64,000 nt of DNA from Tequatrovirus BCH953P4, in sequence record OZ035789.1; one strand, 5' to 3'. The stretch's first letter is position 1. Every line of letters starts with the position of its first letter. The position numbers and the translations under genes are program-made. Under the pieces are notes generated by a model, which was not told the DNA's origin, did not search any database, and saw only the letters and a list, made by a program, of their open reading frames with translations. This document shows positions 43,331-54,013 of this stretch, piece after piece.

Positions 43331-44509
43331 TTAAAAATATTTTTTAAAACTCATCATAACTTTATCATCAACATCATTATCAATCTGTGCTACAAGATAA
43401 GATGACAGTTCTACTTCTTGTGGCGCGGATTGAACATTATCAGAATTAAGATATTCACGAATCCAAGGATACGGATGTTTAACCGGAGCATCGGTAATTG
43501 GGCATGGAAGACCACACTGTTTCATACGAGATACAGTTAAGTAATCAATAAAGCTCCACATGCTATTTGTATTTAATCCAGGAACATCGCCGTCTTTAAA
43601 TAAATGAACTGCCCAATCTTTTTCTTGGCGGTTAACTTCCATGAAAATATCAACTGCTTCTTGTTCACACTCTTGAGCAATTTTAACCCATTCATCGCCA
43701 TCAGTACCAGATTGAAGTTGACGAATAATATATTGAGTGCCTTTAAGGTGAAGCTGCTCATCACGTGCAATGAACTTCATAATTTTGGCATTACCTTCCA
43801 TGATTTCCATGTTTTTATGGAAGTTAAAGGTACATGCGAAAGATACATAAAAACGAATAGCTTCCAATGCGTTGATTACATGCAAACAGAGGTAAAGAGA
43901 TTTCATTAGCTCATGCTTCCAATATGTCTCATGCTCAATAGCATCTTCAATAACGTCTTCGTCTGCATTAATTTCTTTTTGGTATTCGATATCAGCTTTA
44001 GCGTTTTCCCAATAACGAGTTTTAATCAGAACATCATCATAATAACGTCCAATGGATTCAGCACGTTTCATAATAGCTTCATCTAATACAATTTCATCAA
44101 ATACCTTCGATGGATCAGTATAAAGATTTCGCATGATATGTGTGTATGAACGGCTGTGAATAGTTTCACTAAAAGTCCACGTAGCAACCCATGTATCAAG
44201 GCTTGGGTCTGAAATTAATGACATAAGTACAGCAGACGGCGCACGACCCTGAATGCTATCCAAAAGTGATTGATATTTCAGATTATTAGTAAAAATATTT
44301 TGCTGATACTGAGGAAGCTTATTAAACTGTGCAGCATCCATCATCAAGTTTACTTCTTCAGGACGCCAAAAAAATGATAAAGATTTCTCAATAAGTTCTT
44401 CAAATACTCTATGTCGTTGAATATCATATCGAGCTAAACCCAATCCAGAACCAAAAAACATCGGCTCAGTCAAAATATTAACAGGGGATGTATTAAAAAC
44501 TGTACTCAT
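43331..44509 (-). CDS. nrdB: Ribonucleotide reductase small subunit, uninterrupted
   Basis: 392 aa continuous ORF; no intron. Confidence 0.93.
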   Translation of the reverse strand: MSTVFNTSPVNILTEPMFFGSGLGLARYDIQRHRVFEELIEKSLSFFWRPEEVNLMMDAAQFNKLPQYQQNIFTNNLKYQSLLDSIQGRAPSAVLMSLISDPSLDTWVATWTFSETIHSRSYTHIMRNLYTDPSKVFDEIVLDEAIMKRAESIGRYYDDVLIKTRYWENAKADIEYQKEINADEDVIEDAIEHETYWKHELMKSLYLCLHVINALEAIRFYVSFACTFNFHKNMEIMEGNAKIMKFIARDEQLHLKGTQYIIRQLQSGTDGDEWVKIAQECEQEAVDIFMEVNRQEKDWAVHLFKDGDVPGLNTNSMWSFIDYLTVSRMKQCGLPCPITDAPVKHPYPWIREYLNSDNVQSAPQEVELSSYLVAQIDNDVDDKVMMSFKKYF

Positions 44510-45147
44510 TTAGAATCCTTAAATTTACATTTATCATAATGCCATCTTAAAGCATTGCCTTTATTAACTTTCTTGCCACAATGCGGACAAGGCGGATACT
44601 CTGTACCTTGCTTAGTTCTCAAAGAAATCAAATCACGGGTTTCTTTAGTATGAGGAACATCTCTTGTCGGAGAGATTGTACCATACATTGGATTAAGCAC
44701 GCCGACTTTAGCAGCAGCTATATTCTTTTTAGCTTCTTCGGTTTTAGGTTTTCTCATGCGAGCTAAATGCTCTTTGGTAAATTTCCTTCCTTTAAGGGCT
44801 CTACTTATCTTTTCTCTGGTTTCCATAGAAACTTCACGTCCTATAGCAGCTTCAGATAAACGTCGTCTACCTAATTCGTACAGTTGAGAAGAAATTTTAT
44901 ATGAGCGATTTTTACCGGTCAAGCACATTAAACCAAAAGCTTTCTTTAATCCTGGGGTGTCATATATTTTACATAAAAGCCAATGAGCTATAAAATGCTC
45001 TCTACCTGTTAATTCAACTAAATTTTCTTTATCATCAGAACCTCCCATACATCTAGGGATTATATGATGTGTCTCTTTATATTCGGATAAAGGTTCCCGA
45101 GCCTGAGCTCGGGAAATTAGGTCATTATAGATTTTTTGATAATTCAT
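44506..45147 (-). CDS. mobE: HNH homing endonuclease (MobE-like)
   Basis: 213 aa; HNH motif HHIIPRCMGGSDDKENLVELTGREHFIAHWLL; inserted between nrdA and nrdB. Confidence 0.75.
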   Translation of the reverse strand: MNYQKIYNDLISRAQAREPLSEYKETHHIIPRCMGGSDDKENLVELTGREHFIAHWLLCKIYDTPGLKKAFGLMCLTGKNRSYKISSQLYELGRRRLSEAAIGREVSMETREKISRALKGRKFTKEHLARMRKPKTEEAKKNIAAAKVGVLNPMYGTISPTRDVPHTKETRDLISLRTKQGTEYPPCPHCGKKVNKGNALRWHYDKCKFKDSK

Positions 45148-47411
45148 TACAATTTACACGCTGCACAATCTTCAGCTTTTGGAGTTTCTATTTCATAATC
45201 ATCAGTACCAGAACCATCGCGGGTATTATGATAATAGAAATTTTTTCCGCCAAAATACCAAAAATACAAAAGGTCATCAATCATTATTGACATTGGAACC
45301 TTTCCTTTTGGAAAAATCTGCGGGTCATAGTATGTATTCGCTGAAGCTGATTGACATACCCATTTCAGCATAATAGCTACCTGCGTAAGATAAGGTTTAT
45401 TACCTTTCTTAGCTAATTTCCATGTATAATCATAAAGGTCTATGTTATGCTCAATATTGGGCACGACTTGATTAAAGGAGCCCTCTTTTGATTCTTTAAC
45501 AGAGACTGGTCCACGTGGAGGCTCGATACCGTTTGTACTGTTAGAAACTTGGGAAGATGACTCACATGGCATAAGTGCTGATAATGTGCTATTACGGATG
45601 CCAAAGAGCTTAAGGTCTTCCCGCAGCGACGACCAGTCACAAACGTATTTTGGAGCTGCGATTTGGTCAATCTTTTTATTGTACCAGTCGATAGGTAATT
45701 CGCCTCGAGACCAACGAGTGTCTGAATAATATTCGCAAGGTCCTTTTTCTTTGGCGAGCTTAATGGATGCTTTAATGAGTCCATACTGTAATCTCTCAAA
45801 TAGTTCATGTGTTAAATCGTTAGCATCTTCATAAGAAGCAAAGTTACTTGCCAGCCAAGCTGCATAGTTAGTAACACCTACACCGAGGTTACGACGCTTT
45901 TTAGCTTTTTCTGCTTCAGGAACTGGATATCCTTGGTAATCCAAAAGATTATCAAGAGCACGAACTTGAACTTCTGCCAATTCATTAATTTTATCTTGGT
46001 CTTGCCAGTCAAAATTATCTAGTACGAATGCAGAGAGAGTACACAATCCAATTTCAGCATCAGGACTATTCACATCATTTGTTGGAATAGCAATTTCACA
46101 GCACAAGTTACTCTGACGAATAGGTGCCTTTTCACGAATAAATGGAGTATAGTTATTCGTATTATCAATGAACTGTACATAAATCCTTGCTGTTCCTGAA
46201 CGTTCAGTCATGAGCAATTCAAACAGTTCACGGGCTTTAATACGCTTTTTACGAATATTAGGGTCTTTTTCTGCTGCTTCGTATAATTCACGGAAACGGT
46301 CTTGGTCTTTAAAATAAGAATAATAAAGCTCTCCACCCATTTCATGTGGACTAAACAAAGTAATGTAATCGTTCTTTCCAAAACGTTCCATCATCAAATC
46401 ATTCAGCTGAACACCATAATCCATATGACGAATGCGGTTTTCTTCTACGCCTTTGTTATTTTTCAAAACGAGAAGATTTTCAACTTCCAAATGCCAAATA
46501 GGATAATAAGCAGTAGCAGCGCCGCCACGAATTCCACCCTGTGAGCATGATTTAACTGCAGTCTGAAAATGTTTCCAAAAAGGAATAACACCGGTATGGC
46601 GTACTTCACCCATGCCAATCTTAGAACCTTCAGCACGAATCATACCAACGTTAATACCAATTCCAGCGCGTTTAGAGATATATTCAACAATTGAAGCGGA
46701 AGCCTTATTGATAGACTTCAGCGAATCACCTGCCTCAATAACAACACATGAACTAAACTGTCGAGTCGGAGTACGACAACCAGCCATAATAGGAGTTGGC
46801 AGTGAAATCTGTCGAGTAGATACTGCTTCATAAAAACGGATAACATGTTTTAATCTATCAACAGGTTCATCTTGATGCAGTGCCATTCCAATAGCCATAA
46901 ATGCAAACTGTGGAGTTTCATAAATTTGACCAGTGGTTTTATCTTTAACTAGATATTTTTCTTTTAATTGCATCGCCCCGGAATAAGTAAATTCCATATC
47001 CCGCTCGTGCTTAATTTTTGATTCTAAAAATGTAATTTCTTCTGCTGAATATTTTGACAATAATTCAGGGTCATATTTACCTGCATTTACACAATAAGAA
47101 ATATGGTCAATAAATGAACGTGGTTCATACTGCCCATAAACATGCTTACGAAGAGCGAACATTAAACAACGTGCAGCTACATATTGGTAATCAGGCTCTT
47201 CAACCGAAATAGAATTCGCAGCGGCCTTAATGACAATAGTCTGAATATCATCAGTTGTCATTCCATCACGGAGATAAGATTTAATATTTTCATATAATTC
47301 ATAAGGATCTACTGATGTTCCCTCAGCTGCCCAAGATAAAACTTTAATAATTTTTTGTGGGTCAAAGCTCTGAGAAACACCACTACTTTTGATAACATTA
47401 ATTAATTGCAT
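45147..47411 (-). CDS. nrdA: Ribonucleotide reductase large subunit
   Basis: 754 aa; length and synteny. Confidence 0.95.
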   Translation of the reverse strand: MQLINVIKSSGVSQSFDPQKIIKVLSWAAEGTSVDPYELYENIKSYLRDGMTTDDIQTIVIKAAANSISVEEPDYQYVAARCLMFALRKHVYGQYEPRSFIDHISYCVNAGKYDPELLSKYSAEEITFLESKIKHERDMEFTYSGAMQLKEKYLVKDKTTGQIYETPQFAFMAIGMALHQDEPVDRLKHVIRFYEAVSTRQISLPTPIMAGCRTPTRQFSSCVVIEAGDSLKSINKASASIVEYISKRAGIGINVGMIRAEGSKIGMGEVRHTGVIPFWKHFQTAVKSCSQGGIRGGAATAYYPIWHLEVENLLVLKNNKGVEENRIRHMDYGVQLNDLMMERFGKNDYITLFSPHEMGGELYYSYFKDQDRFRELYEAAEKDPNIRKKRIKARELFELLMTERSGTARIYVQFIDNTNNYTPFIREKAPIRQSNLCCEIAIPTNDVNSPDAEIGLCTLSAFVLDNFDWQDQDKINELAEVQVRALDNLLDYQGYPVPEAEKAKKRRNLGVGVTNYAAWLASNFASYEDANDLTHELFERLQYGLIKASIKLAKEKGPCEYYSDTRWSRGELPIDWYNKKIDQIAAPKYVCDWSSLREDLKLFGIRNSTLSALMPCESSSQVSNSTNGIEPPRGPVSVKESKEGSFNQVVPNIEHNIDLYDYTWKLAKKGNKPYLTQVAIMLKWVCQSASANTYYDPQIFPKGKVPMSIMIDDLLYFWYFGGKNFYYHNTRDGSGTDDYEIETPKAEDCAACKL

Positions 47412-47728
47412 AAGTCCTCAACTTGAAAATCGTCTTTAAACAATCGGTTAACTATATGAGCTATTATATCACCATGACACGGCTTTGGTTTACATGTGCA
47501 TCCTAGCCTCATTCCACGTAAAGGCTCTAAATGTGCTTTAGTTATTTCTCCGGATTTAATTCGACGTATAAAATCTTTTTTGAATAATTCAATGGCAGCC
47601 TCCCGGCTGCCAGCATCTTTACCGACGTAATTTCCCCAAAATGTACCGCGGTGAATATTAACATCAAAGTCGGATTTATATTTATTCACTACTCGGCATA
47701 GACGGCCCACGCTGGAATAATTCGTCAT
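47402..47728 (-). CDS. Hypothetical Cys/His-motif protein (nrdA.1 position)
   Basis: 108 aa; C-terminal [13 protein letters not shown] suggests metal binding. Confidence 0.6.
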   Translation of the reverse strand: MTNYSSVGRLCRVVNKYKSDFDVNIHRGTFWGNYVGKDAGSREAAIELFKKDFIRRIKSGEITKAHLEPLRGMRLGCTCKPKPCHGDIIAHIVNRLFKDDFQVEDLCN

Positions 47729-47945
47729 ATTGTTTTTCCGTTAATACAGTAATATCATAGTAACAATCGGAAGAAGTTTTAACTGTGGAAATTTTATTAT
47801 CAAAATACTCACGAGTCATTTTATGAGTATAATATTTTTTACCATAAATGATAATAGGCTGTTCTGGTCCTGGAACTTCTAACTCGCTTGGGTTAGGAAG
47901 TGTAAAAAGAACAACGCCAGAAGTATCTTTAAATCGTAAAATCAT
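47682..47945 (-). CDS. Hypothetical protein (nrdA.2 position)
   Basis: 87 aa; overlaps td stop and downstream ORF. Confidence 0.6.
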   Translation of the reverse strand: MILRFKDTSGVVLFTLPNPSELEVPGPEQPIIIYGKKYYTHKMTREYFDNKISTVKTSSDCYYDITVLTEKQYDELFQRGPSMPSSE

Positions 47946-48253
47946 ATTGCCATTTTCCCTTTAATTGCTGGATGCGATTCATAATTTTCAAGGATAAAAT
48001 CTTTCGGTTTCATGTATTCAGTTAACCAGTAAAGCTGTGTTTCGGTGTCACAATTTCCAAACTCTATAGGCCAATCAATTTTAAGTTCACATAGTTCTTT
48101 AGGCTCACGACGTAAAATTTCTTTACATTGCTCAGTATGATTCATATAGATGTGAGTATTACCGCCAGAAAATATCAAATCTCCCGGAATAAGATTACAC
48201 ATCTTAGCTACAATATGAACTAACGCAGCGTATGATGCAATATTGAACGGTAG
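47942..48253 (-). CDS. td: Thymidylate synthase, exon 2
   Basis: begins CTACCGTTCAAT after intron terminal G; encodes [11 protein letters not shown]...; exon1+exon2 = 286 aa. Confidence 0.9.
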   Translation of the reverse strand, partial: LPFNIASYAALVHIVAKMCNLIPGDLIFSGGNTHIYMNHTEQCKEILRREPKELCELKIDWPIEFGNCDTETQLYWLTEYMKPKDFILENYESHPAIKGKMAI

Positions 48254-49269
48254 CATTATGTTCAGATAAGGTCGTTAATCTTACCCCGGAATTATATCCA
48301 GCTGCATGTCACCATGCAGATCAGACTATATCTCCAACTTGTTAAAGCAAGTTGTCTATCGTTTCGAGTCACTTGACCCTACTCCCCAAAGGGATAGTCG
48401 TTAGGCATTTATGTAGAACCAATTCCATTTATCAGATTTTACACGATAAGTAACTAATCCAGACGAAATTTTAAAATGTCTAGCTGCATCTGCTGCACAA
48501 TCAAAAATAACCCCATCACATGAAATCTTTTTAATATTACTAGGCTTTTTACCTTTCATCTTTTCTGATATTTTAGATTTAGTTATGTCTGAATGCTTAT
48601 GATTAAAGAATGAATTATTTTCACCTGAACGATTTCTGCATTTACTACAAGTATAAGCAGAAGTTTGTATGCGAACACCGCACTTACAAAACTTATGGGT
48701 TTCTGGATTCCAACGCCCGTTTTTACTTCCGGGTTTACTGTAAAGAGCTTTCCGACCATCAGGTCCAAGTTTAAGCATCTTAGCTTTAACAGTTTCAGAA
48801 CGTTTCTTAATAATTTCTTCTTTTAATGGATGCGTAGAACATGTATCACCAAACGTTGCATCAGCAATATTGTATCCATTAATTTTAGAATTAAGCTCTT
48901 TAATCCAAAAATTTTCTCGTTCAATAATCAAATCTTTCTCATATGGAATTTCTTCCAAAATAGAACATTCAAACACATTACCATGTTTGTTAAAAGACCT
49001 CTGAAGTTTTATAGAAGAATGGCATCCTTTTTCTAAATCTTTAAAATGCCTCTTCCATCTCTTTTCAAAATCTTTAGCACTTCCTACATATACTTTATTG
49101 TTTAAAGTATTTTTAATCTGATAAATTCCGCTTTTCATAAATACCTCTTTAAATATAGAAGTATTTATTAAAGGGCAGTCCTACAATTTAGCACGGGATT
49201 GTCTACTAGAGAGGTTCCCCGTTTAGATAGATTACAAGTATAAGTCACCTTATACTCAGGCCTCAATTA
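48254..49269 (-). mobile_element. td group I self-splicing intron
   Basis: 1016 nt; 5' end TAATTGAGGCCTGAGTATAAGGTGACTTATAC follows exon-1 ...TTGGGT; 3' end ...CATAATG; contains I-TevI ORF. Confidence 0.9.
48401..49138 (-). CDS. I-TevI: Intron-encoded GIY-YIG homing endonuclease I-TevI
   Basis: 245 aa; GIYQIKN...YVGSA; C-terminal zinc finger CKCGVRIQTSAYTCSKC. Confidence 0.92.
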   Translation of the reverse strand: MKSGIYQIKNTLNNKVYVGSAKDFEKRWKRHFKDLEKGCHSSIKLQRSFNKHGNVFECSILEEIPYEKDLIIERENFWIKELNSKINGYNIADATFGDTCSTHPLKEEIIKKRSETVKAKMLKLGPDGRKALYSKPGSKNGRWNPETHKFCKCGVRIQTSAYTCSKCRNRSGENNSFFNHKHSDITKSKISEKMKGKKPSNIKKISCDGVIFDCAADAARHFKISSGLVTYRVKSDKWNWFYINA

Positions 49270-49818
49270 ACCCAAGAAAACATCTACTGATCGTTGATAC
49301 CATTGTAAATCAAGATAACCATTACGCACATTAAATTGATAGAACATATGACAAGGTGGTAATGCCATCTGCTTGAGTTCAGCTGGATTCCATGCTGAAA
49401 CAATTTGACGCCTATCATTTGGCAGTTTTTTAATGCGATCAATAACTTCTATAATTTGGTCTACACCGCCAAAATCACGCCATTGTTTTCCATAAATTGG
49501 ACCAAGTTCACCACTATGGTATCCTAAATCTTTTGCTTGATTTTCGTAATTTTCATCCCAGACTGTTTTGCCTTGGATTAACGAATCATGCTGAATTAAT
49601 CGTAAATCATTGACATTTGTGCTTCCTGATAAAAACCATATTAACTCAGAAATGCAAGCTTTCCAGGCGAGCTTTTTAGTTGTTACTGCAGGAAAACCTT
49701 TGGTTAAATCCCAACGCAATTTAGTACCGAACAAAGCAATTGTTCCTGTGCCTGTTCGGTCATCAGTTTCATAACCATTTTCAAAAATGTCTTTAATTAA
49801 ATCTTGGTATTGTTTCAT
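49270..49818 (-). CDS. td: Thymidylate synthase, exon 1
   Basis: 183 codons ending ...VDVFLG at 5' splice site; active-site region PPCH. Confidence 0.92.
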
Positions 49819-49859
49819 TTAGTACCTTATATAAATTATAATACATTTTATGAAGCTAA

Positions 49860-50219
49860 TTAATATGGTTTAGCAACAAATTTTCTCTCAATTTCAGGTG
49901 TGAAATATAATTCTTTACCGCGTTTGGAAAAACGACCAATAATATGATAATTATTCTCATCAAACGTGATATTACCAATATCCATAGCTTTCAACCAAAT
50001 ATCGATATTTCTATCCAGCTTTATGTCAAAATTCCAATACGGAGAACTATTACCGAAAATACTGCAAGCGGATTCAGTGAAACAACTGCTATAAATCTTG
50101 TCTTTAGGAACTATTAATTGATAGACACCTTTAATAAACTGAGGACCCTGCCACTTTGGCTGTTTCGCGTCTTTTTCTAATAAAATAGGGTAATAATTAA
50201 AATTCATATTTTCCGCCAC
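49860..50219 (-). CDS. Hypothetical protein inserted between frd and td
   Basis: 119 aa from GTG (or 115 aa from ATG at ~50207); no recognisable motif. Confidence 0.5.
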   Translation of the reverse strand: MAENMNFNYYPILLEKDAKQPKWQGPQFIKGVYQLIVPKDKIYSSCFTESACSIFGNSSPYWNFDIKLDRNIDIWLKAMDIGNITFDENNYHIIGRFSKRGKELYFTPEIERKFVAKPY

Positions 50220-50227
50220 GCGTTATT

Positions 50228-51054
<827 letters not shown>

Positions 51055-51064
51055 ATTATTTTCC

Positions 51065-51400
51065 TTAAACAGACTTTTTCACAATTTTCCAATCAGCTTT
51101 AAACTGCTCGACGTCAGAATGGTAAATCCAGAATCCTGCGCTTTCTCCGTCTTCATAAAGAGGACATCCATCACATTCATCTTCCCACCCCATATCACGT
51201 AAAAGGTGTTCAGCTTTTTCAACAAGCTCAGAATCTTTACCGATGATATTAAAATACCATTTACCTCTAACTTCTGAATCTTTAATGCTCTGACGTTGTA
51301 ATCTCATTTTATTCTCCTCATGTAGTTGATAGGGTAATAGTATCACACTACTACCCTGTTGTAAACAATTATTTTTAAATTTTATCGAGCCACTTACCAA
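51065..51400 (-). CDS. Hypothetical protein (frd cluster)
   Basis: 111 aa max; start uncertain. Confidence 0.55.
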   Translation of the reverse strand: MVSGSIKFKNNCLQQGSSVILLPYQLHEENKMRLQRQSIKDSEVRGKWYFNIIGKDSELVEKAEHLLRDMGWEDECDGCPLYEDGESAGFWIYHSDVEQFKADWKIVKKSV

Positions 51401-51671
51401 GCTTAATCATTTCTTTAGTAGCCTTTTCCATACTTCTGAACTTAACCAATAGAGGATAGGTATCGACACCCATAACTAAACTGGTTACAAGACTGTGTTC
51501 ACCCACAAGCCATAACGAATACGTTTGAATATCGAGCCCGTAATTTCTGTCTTTGTGGACCCGTACACCCATCACTTCAAATTTCTCACTAGCTTTTTCT
51601 ACCGCATCCAGGAAATCATCTTTAGTCATATTAGGCCTTAAAAGTTTTTCGCAAAAGTTCAATGATTTCAT
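51375..51671 (-). CDS. Hypothetical protein (frd cluster)
   Basis: 98 aa. Confidence 0.55.
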   Translation of the reverse strand: MKSLNFCEKLLRPNMTKDDFLDAVEKASEKFEVMGVRVHKDRNYGLDIQTYSLWLVGEHSLVTSLVMGVDTYPLLVKFRSMEKATKEMIKLGKWLDKI

Positions 51672-51996
51672 CTACATTATTTTCGTCAACAATGCAGTGA
51701 ATTTTTGTTACGCCAGAAACCGTGTCTTTGACTTCATCCTCTTCAGAAGTCGGTTCTTTATACTCGCGAAAACAATGAAATTCGTCTTCACAAACGTTAA
51801 AGTAAAAATGCTTTCCATTTGCGCATTCAATGTGTTTTATTACTCTAAATCCATCAACAAAGAAAGCTTCTTTAACTTCAAACCATCCACCATTTTCTTG
51901 AATAATTTTAACTATTGATGAATTAGAACGTGGGCGATAATTAATAAATGTATCAATAAGTCTTGGAACAAGCTCATACTTTTTGCCAATATACAT
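51631..51996 (-). CDS. Hypothetical protein (frd cluster)
   Basis: 121 aa. Confidence 0.6.
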   Translation of the reverse strand: MYIGKKYELVPRLIDTFINYRPRSNSSIVKIIQENGGWFEVKEAFFVDGFRVIKHIECANGKHFYFNVCEDEFHCFREYKEPTSEEDEVKDTVSGVTKIHCIVDENNVDEIIELLRKTFKA

Positions 51997-52040
51997 TACG
52001 TTTTCCTCATTTTAACGGGGCTGTAATAGCCCCTTGATAA

Positions 52041-52268
52041 TTATTGTTCAATCAGTCCCATGTAAAATTCTGCGTCTTCAGAATCCATACCATCACAATA
52101 TTCATTAGCCATAAAGCGGGTAAGGTCTTCAAGAGGACCTTCAATAACGATTTGAATACTCCAAAACTTAGAATCTTGTACGCTTGTGATACTAAGTTCA
52201 GGATAACGATTACGAATAATCTCTTCAATATATTCAAAATCAACGATGTCAATATCAACTTTAGCCAT
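52041..52268 (-). CDS. Hypothetical small acidic protein
   Basis: 75 aa from MAKVDIDIV; promoter-like GTTTAC-N18-TACTAT upstream. Confidence 0.5.
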   Translation of the reverse strand: MAKVDIDIVDFEYIEEIIRNRYPELSITSVQDSKFWSIQIVIEGPLEDLTRFMANEYCDGMDSEDAEFYMGLIEQ

Positions 52269-52373
52269 ATTATTTTCCTCTTTAATCATCAGCAGTATTG
52301 CCGATAGTTGTATAGTACCATGGAAGGACAAGGATGTAAACTGTTTTGTGAAAAAAATTTTTGAAATAAAAAA

Positions 52374-52392
52374 GGGGACCTCTAGGGTCCCC
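52374..52392 (-). terminator. Gene 32 terminator hairpin
   Basis: GGGGACC-tctag-GGTCCCC followed by T-run on minus strand. Confidence 0.65.
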
Positions 52393-52414
52393 AATTAATT
52401 AGTAATATAATCTA

Positions 52415-53320
52415 TTAAAGGTCATTCAAAAGGTCATCCAGGTCCGTGTCATCAGCACTAGATGAACTGCCAGAGCTTGAGCTCATAAAATCATCTTCAG
52501 TTTTTGTATTGAAGTCATCAACATTGAATGCATCCAAATCATCAGCAACTTTATCAGCTTTCTTAGCAGCAGTCGCTGCGGCACCGCCCATCACAGCAGT
52601 TCCCATAACTTGACCGAATTTAGTATTCAGTTCTTCAAACGATTTGAATTTATCTTTAGAAGTCATTTCAGAAAGGTCAACCATTTGTTCGAACAGTTCT
52701 TTCTGGAAAGATTCATCATCAATGTTTGGAATCGCAGATTGATTCAGGAATTTAGATTCGTCGTAGTTACTAAAACCAGAAACTTGTTTAACTTTCAGTA
52801 CAAAGTTAGCACCTTCCCACGGACAAGTTACATCAACCGGAGTTTCACCCATTTCAACATCAACCGCAATCATCGCGTTGATTTTATCCCAGATTTTCTT
52901 ACCGAAACGATATTTAAATACTTTACCTTCATTTTCTGGAGCAGCTGGGTCTTTTACAACAAGAATATTAGCCCAGTAAGAAGTTTTACGTTTAACAAGA
53001 CTGTACTCTTTATTGTCAGTGTTGTACAGATCATTTTTACTGATGTACTGACATACTGGACAAGAATCGTAATCACCATGGGTAGATGAACATGTTTCAA
53101 TATACCATTTACCATTTTTCTTGAAACCGTGATTTACAAGAATTGCGAATGGTGCTTGTTCATCATTTTTAGACGGAAGAAAACGAATTACTGCTTGACC
53201 GTTACCCGCATTATCGAGTTTCAGTTTCCACTCGCCTTTATCTTCAGAAGAAAAACCTTTATTGCCATTCAGTTTAGCCATTTGTGCAGCAAGTTCAGCA
53301 GTAGATTTACGTTTAAACAT
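52415..53320 (-). CDS. 32: Single-stranded DNA-binding protein gp32
   Basis: 301 aa; sequence recognised; acidic C-terminus. Confidence 0.97.
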
Positions 53321-53395
53321 TTTATTTCCTTTTTAATTTAATTTAATTTAATTAACAGTTGGTGCTATGACACTTTACCTCATAGCTGGCATAAT
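53321..53395 (-). promoter_or_regulatory. Gene 32 translational operator (pseudoknot plus UUAAA repeats)
   Basis: coding strand ...CCAGCUAUGAGGUAAAGUGUCAUAGCACCAACUGUUAAUUAAAUUAAAUUAAAUUAAAAAGGAAAUAAAAUG. Confidence 0.8.
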
Positions 53396-54012
53396 TCGCA
53401 ATACTCTGGGTCTTCGAGAGGTATCCAACCTGAGTTGAAATACTTTACCATCGATTTAGCAGTTGTATCAGTTATATTTATATTACCTTTAACTCTTCGC
53501 CATCCAGGAGTTTTACCGTACAGATTAGAGGATAATAATAACACATAATTCTCGTAAGCAATATGAGATAATTTCCAAGACTCTATATTAGCTCGTGATG
53601 TTTTCCAAGGTCTAAAATCGTCACGGTTCATATAATTAGCCAATCTCATATGCTCTCTAACTTCCGGGTCTTTGGCTGGATGAGTTTCACCACTCACACC
53701 AAATCCACCACCAGCATATACCAGATTAAAATAGTCTGGATTATCTCTGGCATTTACTTCAAGTTGGTATTTTCGTTCTGCTTCAATAACATCCAAGTCA
53801 TCATCAATTTGAATTATTTTAACGCTCGGTTTTTGAAGCATTAGCGCATTCAAAAATCTTTTTTGTTTACATGAGCTCCAGTATTCCTTTCCGGAAGAGT
53901 CATATATTATTCCGTTCTCAAATGAGCAATTTAATTTACTACCGATATAATAGTATGGCGGAGTCTTATTTTTGACACGGTCTTCAAATGTAAACCAATA
54001 TACTATATTCAT
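53380..54012 (-). CDS. segG: Putative GIY-YIG homing endonuclease (SegG-like)
   Basis: 210 aa; N-terminal IVYWFTF...YYYIGSK spacing resembles GIY-YIG; located between genes 32 and 59. Confidence 0.55.
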   Translation of the reverse strand: MNIVYWFTFEDRVKNKTPPYYYIGSKLNCSFENGIIYDSSGKEYWSSCKQKRFLNALMLQKPSVKIIQIDDDLDVIEAERKYQLEVNARDNPDYFNLVYAGGGFGVSGETHPAKDPEVREHMRLANYMNRDDFRPWKTSRANIESWKLSHIAYENYVLLLSSNLYGKTPGWRRVKGNINITDTTAKSMVKYFNSGWIPLEDPEYCELCQL

Positions 54013-54013
54013 A

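Noticed and set aside
43331-44509. Possible group I intron in nrdB
   Set aside because: nrdB reads as a single uninterrupted ORF of full length, so no intron is present here.
52610-53089. 159-aa plus-strand ORF inside gene 32
   Set aside because: Antisense to gp32 coding sequence; Phe/Asn-rich composition typical of AT-rich shadow frames.
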